From Candidatus Oxydemutatoraceae bacterium (lineage in GTDB: Bacteria > Pseudomonadota > Gammaproteobacteria > Poriferisulfidales > Oxydemutatoraceae), in contig OZ243039.1 in the NCBI GenBank assembly GCA_965212025.1, positions 1,018,983 through 1,082,982 of the forward strand: a stretch of 64,000 nucleotides of DNA. The letters run 5' to 3'. The first letter of the stretch is position 1; every line of letters starts with the position of its first letter. Made by a program: the position numbers and the translations under genes. Below are positions 11,321 through 19,057 of this stretch, in pieces. The notes beneath the pieces are model-generated. The model searched no databases. It worked only from the letters and a program-made list of their open reading frames with translations, and was not told the origin of the DNA.

Positions 11321-11691
11321 AACGCCTCTAACATCTTTAAGACCGCTTGTTTAAGTAAAGTTTCCAGGGCGCCAAAACTAACGGAGCTCCATTTGCTACC
11401 GAGCTCTTTTTTTACAGTCTGCCAGATGGAATCATCTCTTGCATTGTCAAGAAACTCATGCCCTCTCCAAGCAAGATTTACTTGAAGATAAAATCCAACA
11501 GGTGAGTTTATGGTTTTCAGATGTTTTCCGGCAACAAAACCTGCATCAACGAGTAAGCCCACGTGCTGCTGGATACATTTGGTACTATGTTCTCTAGTCC
11601 GAATACCCCTGCTATCCCCCATCCCTTGGGGATCGTCGCAAGACTCAATCTCCAGTAAGATTTTTCTGATGAGGTCAAAATCTCTGATCAT
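11317..11691 (-). CDS. DUF2513-like winged-helix protein (copy 1, canonical length)
   Basis: 124 aa: MIRDFDLIRKILLEIESC...QQHVGLLVDAGFV...LAWRGHEFLDNARDDSIW, which is the pattern I associate with DUF2513. It is translationally coupled on both sides (ATGA upstream, GTGA with hsdR). Confidence 0.6.
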   Translation of the reverse strand: MIRDFDLIRKILLEIESCDDPQGMGDSRGIRTREHSTKCIQQHVGLLVDAGFVAGKHLKTINSPVGFYLQVNLAWRGHEFLDNARDDSIWQTVKKELGSKWSSVSFGALETLLKQAVLKMLEAL

Positions 11692-11870
11692 ACCGACACT
11701 CGTACTTTGCCCGTCAACAGACCTTGCGTGAGAGTTTTTTTGAACTCGAATTGCCTTAATTTTTTCATAACTTCTCCATTGATAAAATTAAAAATGCTCT
11801 TGTGAACTGGGTGGTGTGTCTGCATATTTATGGATACAGAAGTCATAGCTACTTCAACAATGCACCCCAC
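11688..11870 (-). pseudogene. hsdS 3'-end remnant (copy 1)
   Basis: The 60-codon ORF ends ...MKKLRQFEFKKTLTQGLLTGKVRVSV, which is the conserved C-terminal helix of HsdS (compare the intact end LKKALMQDLLTGKVRVAV). There is no target-recognition domain. Confidence 0.55.
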
Positions 11871-12210
11871 TCTGCATACTGTAGAGAGATTCTACTTCAT
11901 TTCATAAGTGTATGTAACAAATATGGGTGACTGCACTTGATGCTTCGGGTAGCTATTGTTTTTATTTTCGTTCGATATTCCGGCTTATCATTGGTTAAGT
12001 GAGGCTAGCTATATCTCTGGGAAGTTTTAGCTGCTTCAATATACGACCGTCCTTAAGATCGGTGCTATCTCAAAGAGATAGTTCCGTCTTGCTCATCTGT
12101 ATTCACATTTTTGCAATTATGTCACTGGCAAGACTTTTTAACCACCCCAAATTCCGCTTTCTTTTTTCTTATGTTTTTCCTTCAATACTTCGACTTCGTT
12201 TTTTAACACT

Positions 12211-12545
12211 TTAACTTCTTCTTTCATTTTGACTTCCTCTTCGTACTCCTTCAATTTTGCTTTTCATCTCTTTAAATTCTTCTTTTGCTTCTTTAGCTAT
12301 GTTAGTCATTTCATCGAGATAATCGTGGCCTGCATTAGTAAGTTTCACGTAAAAATAGGGGTTAATTATCCCTATTTGCTTTGACCTTTCACCTACAATA
12401 AAACTTTCATCAATAAGTAAGCCCACGTGGTATTGGATAACGCCAGTACTGGCCGGTTCATATTTAATCGTGTTGTGTGTAGCCCCTGCCTAACAGGGCA
12501 GGACTCAGCTTCTAGTAAAGTTTTTCTGATGAGGTCAATATCTCT
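12211..12545 (-). pseudogene. DUF2513-like gene copy 2, frameshifted, with a degraded coiled-coil tail
   Basis: MKRDIDLIRKTLLEAESC starts at 12545 in one frame. ...EPASTGVIQYHVGLLIDESFIVG...VKLTNAGHDYLDE continues in another frame (ORF 12211-12426). K/E-rich codons continue past the stop. Confidence 0.5.
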
Positions 12546-12717
12546 TTTCATGCCGGCACCTGTACTTGTCTGTCAACAGGCCTCCCGTTAGAGTTTTATT
12601 GAGCTCCGATAGCTTTAATGTTTTCATACCTTCTCCGTTGATAAAATTCAAAATGCCCTGGTGAGTTAGGGAGAGTGTCTGCATGTCAACGGATACACGG
12701 TTCGTAGTTGTTTTCAT
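12535..12717 (-). pseudogene. hsdS 3'-end remnant (copy 2, further degraded)
   Basis: ...NFINGEGMKTLKLSELNKTLTGGLLTD is followed by a frameshift. The alternative frame reads QVQVPA-stop with the stop overlapping the ATG of DUF2513 copy 2. Confidence 0.45.
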
Positions 12718-12960
12718 CCTGCTAATGGTTGTAAAACACTACTCTTTTTTATCAGAGTGTGCCGCAATAGATAAGCAAAATGTGATTAATACCTCTAATT
12801 TCGGTATTTATTTTGGCTTTTGGCTGGTATTTCAACTTTTCCATATTTATGAAGTGAGCTCCGACTCATCTGTGCCAGTTTCGCCGCTTTGGCATACAAC
12901 CATCTCAAAGATCGGCTCCACACCAACATGAAGTAGTTTCACCATACTCATTCACGTTCA

Positions 12961-13662
12961 CTAATCGGGAAACAGAGAACGGCGGAAAAATTCTGCCATC
13001 AGTTTGAAAGTAAATTTTCCTCCTTCTAATTTTCCGATTTCTTTTCTTAATTTCTTAATCTCTTCCTTCATTTTATCTTCATCTATCTTTTTAACTTTTT
13101 TTGCTAATTTTTCGAAGTCGATTTTTAGTTTTTTAATATCATCTTTGATTTTTTCTTCACTCTTTTTTCTATCTTTCTCTTCTAATATTTTGATTTCTTT
13201 TTTTAGCTCATTAATTTCTTTATCTTTCATTCCAACATCTATTGCCCTATCTTTTGCTACTCGTTTAACTGACAAGCTATGGTATGGAAGAATACCCCTC
13301 GAATTTATTCCCCTGTATTTTCTTTCAGCTTCCATTTGCATTTTATATTCATCATTTAACTCAGGGTTCACCTCTAACTCTTTAATTGCTTTCTTTAACT
13401 CTTCAGCGCTAACCTTTATAACTCTCTCTTTCATTTTATATTCATCATTTAACTCAGCTTTCTCCTTTAACTCTTTAATTGCTTTCTTTAACTCTTCAGC
13501 GCTAACCTTTATAACTCTCTCTTTCATTTTATATTCATCATTTAACTCAGCTTTCTCCTTTAACTCTTTAATTGCTTTCTTTAACTCTTCAGCGCTAACC
13601 TTTATAACTCTCTCTTTCATTTTATATTCATCATTTAACTCAGCTTTCTCCTTTACACTCAA
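12961..13662 (-). CDS. Lys/Glu-rich coiled-coil repeat protein, probably the detached C-terminal part of DUF2513 copy 3
   Basis: 233 aa containing KEKAELNDEYKMKERVIKVSAEELKKAIKEL three times. It has a TTG start, and the same repeat continues into the 3' end of the upstream gene. Confidence 0.55.
   Translation of the reverse strand: MSVKEKAELNDEYKMKERVIKVSAEELKKAIKELKEKAELNDEYKMKERVIKVSAEELKKAIKELKEKAELNDEYKMKERVIKVSAEELKKAIKELEVNPELNDEYKMQMEAERKYRGINSRGILPYHSLSVKRVAKDRAIDVGMKDKEINELKKEIKILEEKDRKKSEEKIKDDIKKLKIDFEKLAKKVKKIDEDKMKEEIKKLRKEIGKLEGGKFTFKLMAEFFRRSLFPD
13375..13653. repeat. Three tandem 93-bp (31-codon) units, identical by eye
   Basis: The motif tttaattgct recurs at 13381, 13474 and 13567 (period 93) with identical intervening sequence. 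Diverged extra units flank the array on both sides (about 13333-13374 and 13665-13760). Confidence 0.9.
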
Positions 13663-14135
13663 TTCACCCCAAACTCTTTAATTTCTTTCTTTAACTCTTT
13701 AGCGCTACCCTTTATAACTCTCTCTTTCATTTGATATTCATCATTTCTCTTGGCTTTCTCTTTTAACTCTTCAATTTTGTTTTTTATCTCATAAATTGAG
13801 TAATTTATTCTTTTAATTACATCTTTTTCCCCATTCCCTTCTTTCACTTCTTCAACTTTGTTTCTCATCTCTTTATATACTTCTTTTCTTAGATCAAGAT
13901 AATCGTAACCTGCTGTAGCAAGTTTCACGTTAATGTAAAAGTCAATTCTCACTACCTCGTTTGATTTTATCCCTGAAACTAAACCTGTATCAACTAGTAA
14001 GCCAACGTTGTATTGGGTAAGTTCAGCACTATATCCTTCAATCTGGATGTCTCGGCTATCCGATATTCCTTGGGGGTTATCACAAGATTTAACTTCCAAT
14101 AAAATTTTTCTGATGAGGTCAGGATCTCTTTTCAT
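13659..14135 (-). CDS. DUF2513-like winged-helix protein (copy 3) with a coiled-coil tail
   Basis: 158 aa: MKRDPDLIRKILLEVKSCDNPQG...YNVGLLVDTGLVSG...VKLATAGYDYLD, then a K/E-rich tail ending in a diverged copy of the 31-aa repeat. The ATGA start overlaps the upstream hsdS remnant. Confidence 0.6.
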   Translation of the reverse strand: MKRDPDLIRKILLEVKSCDNPQGISDSRDIQIEGYSAELTQYNVGLLVDTGLVSGIKSNEVVRIDFYINVKLATAGYDYLDLRKEVYKEMRNKVEEVKEGNGEKDVIKRINYSIYEIKNKIEELKEKAKRNDEYQMKERVIKGSAKELKKEIKEFGVN

Positions 14136-14386
14136 ACCGACACCTGTACTTTGCCCGTTAACAGACCTTGCGTGAGAGTTTTATTGAGATCCGATTGCTT
14201 TAATTTTTTCATAACTTCTCCATTGATAAAATTCAAAACGCTCTTGTAAACTGAGTAAGGTGTCCGCACATCTACGGATACAGTGGTCGTAGTTGCTTCA
14301 GCGGCTGATCCTGCCCACAGCGTCGGAATGCTACTCCTTTTTATCAGTGCGTGCAACTTTGCTCGGGATTCTAGTTTTTCAGGCAT
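14132..14386 (-). pseudogene. hsdS 3'-end remnant (copy 3)
   Basis: Ends ...NFINGEVMKKLKQSDLNKTLTQGLLTGKVQVSV. The DNA is about 85-90 percent similar by eye to remnant copy 1, and only about 70 percent similar to the 3' end of the full-length hsdS. Confidence 0.5.
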
Positions 14387-14419
14387 TGATGAAGGGGGCT
14401 TATCTCTTCGAAGGTAAGT

Positions 14420-14508
14420 TTCGGTGCTTCGTTAGGCGGTCACCCCAAAGACTAGAGTTGTTTCAGTACGGGAAGCTCTACACTGTCTGGTTCGTCAGAT
14501 GCCGTAGT
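14420..14508 (-). pseudogene. hsdR 5'-end remnant directly downstream of hsdS
   Basis: The minus-strand translation ...ASDEPDSVELPVLKQL*SLG*... parallels the HsdR N-terminus MSTDERDSVELPALKQLQSLGW. The DNA is alignable with 11255-11320, and there are two in-frame stops. Confidence 0.6.
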
Positions 14509-14544
14509 CTCTTCTTATTCCTACACCGCCACCCTGACCTTACC

Positions 14545-14685
14545 TGTTAGCAGGTCTTGCATGAGGGCTTTTTTGAGAGATTGGAGTTTATTGACTTGTG
14601 CTCCGGTGTTCTCAGTCACTTCATCAACAGAGGTGAGAATAGATGCGATTTTCTTTTGTTCGAGGAGGGGAGGAGTCAACGCAGA
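14545..14685. repeat. hsdS conserved region, distal copy (direct repeat with 15145-15280)
   Basis: An approximately 135-nt direct repeat, roughly 85-90 percent identical by eye, encodes EQKKIASILTSVDEV.EN..AQ.NKL.SLKKA.MQDLLT. This is normal HsdS architecture. Confidence 0.8.
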
Positions 14686-15144
14686 AAAAGTTGCCAAATC
14701 TTTCCATGATGTTCTTGGCATGATATTCCCGGCGGAACCCTCAACTGCGTTCGCAACAAATTTATCTGATGAGCAGATGTAATAAAGAAAGACAGGATTT
14801 GTAGTCTTGCTCGGTGTGATAACTAGTATATCGGTAGAACAAATCCCAACACAGTCAGGAAACGCAACCTTGTGCAAATAAGGGCGGAGTTTTCCGAAAA
14901 GCGTATCCTCTTTAAGAAATTTTGTCTTAGCGGAAATAATTTCCGAAGAATTACCAAATTTCTTTATGGATCTTGCTTCAGAGGCTAAATGTTCCAATCC
15001 TAAATATAATGTTTCAGTCATTCTTGGTTCTGGAATAAATCTAGTGGTTCGGTTGGAGGCTATGTCGGAGAATCTTCTTATATTCCAGCTTTCCGGGATT
15101 CTCCCCAATTCGCTGTTTTTGAACTTTGTGTGACCAATGCCTTT

Positions 15145-15280
15145 GGTCAACAGGTCTTGCATGATGGCTTTTTTGAGGCTTTTGAGTTTATTGATTTGTG
15201 CCCGGGTGTTCTCAATCACCTCATCAACAGAGGTGAGAATGGATGCGATTTTCTTTTGTTCAGGGAGGGGGGGGAAGAGG
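15145..15280. repeat. hsdS conserved region, central copy; contains a C8 (coding-strand) homopolymer at 15267-15274
   Basis: Partner of 14545-14685. A run of 8 G on the plus strand encodes FPPL. Confidence 0.8.
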
Positions 15281-15726
15281 CCAAGAATTCTCGACATTTT
15301 ATCTTTGTTAAGAGTTGCGCCCTTTACTGCTTGGTCAACTTCTGCCAACAAATCCCAAGACTGCAAACCGTAATAAAGGAAATCTCTGTCTATGCTCGTA
15401 TTATCTTTTGCTATGAATCCTACAATCGCCTCGTTTGTGTAAAGAGGAGATTTGGTGATGCTCAATCGACCAATTGTGAGTTTGAAACTCATAATGACTG
15501 TCCCCGAGGGGATGAGTTTTACATTACTATTTTTAACACCTCCATCGCTTATGTATTCTCCTGTATCGTCAATGTATTTACCTTTCAGGTCTTTGATTGA
15601 ACCCATTTATTTTTCCGAATTCCCCCAAAGTCCCAATAAGATTCATTATTTCTGCTCGGGGTTCCACCTATCGAAAAGTCAAAGAAATCACTCACATACG
15701 ACTCTACCCACCCTTTTGGAACTTTC

Positions 15727-17450
15727 TCACTCATACCCAAGCTCCTTCAAATATCCCCACATCACTTTTTCTGATTGTTTTTCCTGTGCGTCTATTTCGT
15801 GCAGAGAAACTCGATACTTGTCCCACCATCTTTCAAACTGCTTTATGACGGGTTGCTCAACTTCGCCTAAGTGGTCTCGTATCTGTTCTTTGTTCTCAAT
15901 TTCTGGTTTGAAATCGTAGTACTCGCTGTCCCTGCGCACAAAGACGCAGGAGACGTCCATGCCGTTTAGGGTCTCTTGAATGTAGTCATCTTCAATCTCG
16001 GAAACGGGAATGCCTCCTTTCAGAATGGCACGACTGTCAAAGGGTTCGGGTGGGGGTGAGGTGTCTGCGTATCTGCGGATATTGAGGTTGTAGTCATTTT
16101 CGCGGATTTCATCCATCTCAACTACTTTGGCATACCGCCTTTCGTCAGTGTATGCATCGTATGCATTCAAGATGTGCCGATATCCTCATCACGTAATTTG
16201 TTCTGGTTCTTGCCTTCCTGGTATTCCAATTCGCCGTTGATGAAGAGAACCTTGCCTTTTCGTTCTTTGGCTTTGTTCTTGTCGATGATCAACAGCGCCG
16301 CTGGAATGCCTGTGCCGTAGAACAGCGCCGGGGGAAGGCCAATCACCGCTTCCAACAGATCATCCTCCAGTATGCCTTTGCGGATATTCTTTTCGCTTGC
16401 TCCCCTGAACAGAACACCATGGGGAACCACCACACCCATTTTCCCTTCGGCATTCAGTGACGCAATCATGTGTTGAATGAAGGCAAGGTCACCCTTGTCT
16501 TTGGGAGGTGTCCCGTAGGGGTATCGCCCATAGCTGTCTGTGTCTGCCACTTCCTTTCCCCATCCTTTTAAGGAGAAAGGGGGATTTGCAATAACCCTGT
16601 CAAACAACATTAACTCACCATCTTTGATGTGTTGTGGGTCGCGCAGAGTGTCCCCTTTACGGATGTCTGCATTGAGCAGACCATGCAGGAACATGTTCAT
16701 CTTGCAGATTGCCCAAGTGTTGAGGTTCTTCTCCTGCCCATAAAGGGACAGGTTTCTCCGATTTTCATCCCGTTTAATGAGATAGTTGCGGCTCTGTATC
16801 AACATGCCACCGGAGCCTGCTGTCGGGTCGTATATCTTCATGCCTGCTGTAGGTTTCAACAGTGAGACCAATAGCCGTACGACTTCACTGGGTGTGTAGA
16901 ACTCGCCTCCTTTCTTGCCCGCAGAATCTGCAAACTGTTTAATGAGGTATTCGTATGCACTCCCCAACAGGTCCGGAGAGTCAAAGTCTTCATTGCGCAG
17001 TCGATATTTGGAGAAGTGAGAGAGAAAGTCTTGTAACGCATCGTCAGAGAGTTTTTCCTTGATGTTGAAGTCTATGGAACTCAACACACCTTCGAGTGAT
17101 GGATTGTGTTCCTCAATCGCCCCGGTTGCTTTGTTCAGTTCTGCGCCAATGTCGTGCTTGAGGTCTTTGAGCTTTGACCACCTTGCTCTTTCCGGGATAA
17201 AGAGGGTTTTATCGTACTCGACCTCATCAGATGCGAGTTTTTCCGCCACTCCTTTGGGTTTCTTAATTGAGCGGTAGTGATTGACAACCTTTTCGTGTTC
17301 CTCTTCAAATGTGTCCGAGAGCCGTTTCAGGAATAACATGCCGAATATGTAGTCTTTGTATTCGGACGCGTCCATGTTTCCTCGAAGGATGTTTGCCGAA
17401 CCCCAGAGAAAGCTTTCGAGCTCTTGCAGGGTGATTTTTTTGGTCTTCAT
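15727..17450 (-). pseudogene. hsdM: Type I R-M methyltransferase (M) subunit, split by a 1-nt frameshift
   Basis: The 427-aa N-terminal ORF carries the NPPF motif ([12 protein letters not shown]) and ends ...[11 protein letters not shown]-stop. The C-terminal 147 codons ([18 protein letters not shown]...ENDYNLNIRRY) continue in another frame from about 16175. Confidence 0.85.
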
Positions 17451-17632
17451 GGTGCAGGTTTTAGTGTGTGACCCTTTGACTGAGTTATTTCACGGTAACG
17501 GAGTCGTTTCGTTCGAGGGTCAATTTTGTCCGTATGGAATTTTTTTTAGCCTCCATGGATTTGGTCGACTTGGCTCTTTTCATCTTTATAGCCTACTTTT
17601 GCTCGTTTTGTCTTTAAGGAGAGAAGAAAAAA

Positions 17633-18193
17633 CTAGAAGCTTGAGCCAGGCTCTTTCAAGAAAGCCTCTTCCTGTGGTGTACTGACGCGTCTCATGACGG
17701 TGTTGCGGTGAGGATAGCGACCGAAGCGTTCGACGATGACACGATGACGATGCTCGAAGTCCAAGGTCATGGCGAAGTGTTCGCCCTCTCTCGCCAAGGC
17801 TTCAAACAGAGGAAGGGCTGCGTCGTGGATTGCAAGCGATTCACTGTGCATGTAGGGCATATAGACGAATATGCGTTGCGAGGGCGACAGCGCTTTGTCC
17901 GCTTCTGTAGCGACTGCTTCCTGCGCCAGGCACAGTGCCATGCCGTCCTGTGCGAAGGCTGCAGGCTGTCCGCGATGAATGTTGCGTGAAAACTGGTCCA
18001 ACACGACGATTTCTGCCAAGCGTCCCGCCGCTGCCGTGCGCCAAGCGAACAACTCGCCGCGCGAGGCTTGAGCATGCACCGCGCTGAACCGTGTCCTGAT
18101 CACCCCATCGAACTCGTGGTTCACATCGAAACGCTGCCTGCCTTCCAGCTCTTCGAACCAGAAGGCCAGGACTTCTGAAAATTCTACCGACAT
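17633..18193 (-). CDS. DUF924 family protein
   Basis: 186 aa: VLAFWFEE...RFDVNHEFDGVIRTRF...AEIVVLDQFSRNIHRG...HSESLAIH. This is the typical DUF924 pattern, and the GC content is core-like. Confidence 0.7.
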   Translation of the reverse strand: MSVEFSEVLAFWFEELEGRQRFDVNHEFDGVIRTRFSAVHAQASRGELFAWRTAAAGRLAEIVVLDQFSRNIHRGQPAAFAQDGMALCLAQEAVATEADKALSPSQRIFVYMPYMHSESLAIHDAALPLFEALAREGEHFAMTLDFEHRHRVIVERFGRYPHRNTVMRRVSTPQEEAFLKEPGSSF

Positions 18194-18226
18194 ACTCAGG
18201 GTTTTTTTATTTTGTGATTTTTGGAG

Positions 18227-18382
18227 ACCAACACACCTTCGAGTGATGGATTGCGTTCTTCAGTCGCTCCGGTTGCCTCGTTCAGGTATTCACGAATGTT
18301 GTGCTTGAGGTCTTTGTGCTTTGTCCATTGAACTTACTCTGGGACAGAGAAGCTTTTGACTTACTTGTCCTCATCAGATGCC
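18227..18382 (-). pseudogene. Internal hsdM fragment (about 50 codons) with stops
   Basis: The DNA aligns by eye with 17083-17235 of the hsdM above. The translation [49 protein letters not shown] parallels [51 protein letters not shown]. Confidence 0.65.
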
Positions 18383-18525
18383 ATTTTTAGGTCAGAGCAT
18401 GGTGGATAGGAATTCATTAACCGAATCTGACGCTTCGGCCATTTAAAATGCGCTTAGATCGAAAAGTAAATTCTCGAAGGAGGTAGGTCAGAAATTACTA
18501 TATTCATTGGGAAAGCCCCGATCTG

Positions 18526-18951
18526 TTAGTTGCGCAAATCACGGGAACGAGATGACCTCAGGTCTATTCTTGGAATCATCTTCAATATGACGTTGTCTCG
18601 TTTTATGGGGCAAAGATATCCATCTACCTGCATGTTTGTGTACCCACCACCGGCACTGGTAGTAGTTAGAGTAGGCACGTAACTGTTACCACCCATTTCC
18701 GCCACAGTGTTCCGTATTTTGTTTAAAACGTTTCGCCTACCATCGACCTCTGTCAAAGAGAATCTTTCTTCTTCCTCCACCACACCTAAAAACTCGCATG
18801 GGGAGGTTGATTCTGGTGGTATTTGTCTCACGAATGTACCTGCACCGGTAAGGTTGACCGGAGCCATACACCCCATCAACATACTGAAGAGCACAGCAGC
18901 AATAGCCAATTTCAAAACGTCAATGGTGGTTGCTTGATTTTCTTTTTCCAT
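18526..18951 (-). CDS. Putative lipoprotein (DUF4156-like)
   Basis: 141 aa with a lipobox-like LMGC after a hydrophobic segment. The central C..LG and NKIRN.VAEMGGN pattern resembles DUF4156. The N-terminal region is atypical. Confidence 0.5.
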   Translation of the reverse strand: MEKENQATTIDVLKLAIAAVLFSMLMGCMAPVNLTGAGTFVRQIPPESTSPCEFLGVVEEEERFSLTEVDGRRNVLNKIRNTVAEMGGNSYVPTLTTTSAGGGYTNMQVDGYLCPIKRDNVILKMIPRIDLRSSRSRDLRN

Positions 18952-19057
18952 TCCGTCCTCCGGTTGTGTCGTGTTTCAAGTCTTTGGAATCACATCACAG
19001 CGCAAAGCACTTGTCAATAATTCCCGAAAAAATCCTCTGTGAAAATCTCTCTACAGA

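Larger units (their letters stand above)
14521..15734 (-). pseudogene. hsdS: Type I R-M specificity subunit, frameshifted after about 45 codons
   Basis: The ATG at 15734 overlaps the hsdM stop (ATGAGTGA) and reads MSEKVPKGWVESYVSDFFDFSIGGTPSRNNESYWDFGGI..., then hits a stop. The remaining 361 codons (14521-15606) are in another frame. That part has two TRDs and two conserved repeats (PPLPEQKKIASILTSVDEV...). Confidence 0.8.
3244..18525. other. AT-rich accessory (defence-type) island between the convergent 3' ends of atpC and glmS
   Basis: The DNA is visibly AT-richer than the flanking core genes. It contains a type I R-M locus, accessory genes and gene fragments. No integrase or transposase is seen. 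Boundaries are approximate. Confidence 0.6.

Noticed and set aside
13004-13681. 225-codon plus-strand ORF (S/F/L-rich, with an internal repeat)
   Set aside because: It is the antisense shadow of the K/E-rich repeat gene. Its low-complexity composition is produced by reading AAG/GAA-rich codons backwards.
18952-19057. Tn7-like element inserted at the attTn7-equivalent site downstream of glmS
   Set aside because: I recognised no tnsA/B/C/D-like genes, no transposase of any kind, and no Tn7-type terminal repeats next to glmS. Only the location is suggestive.
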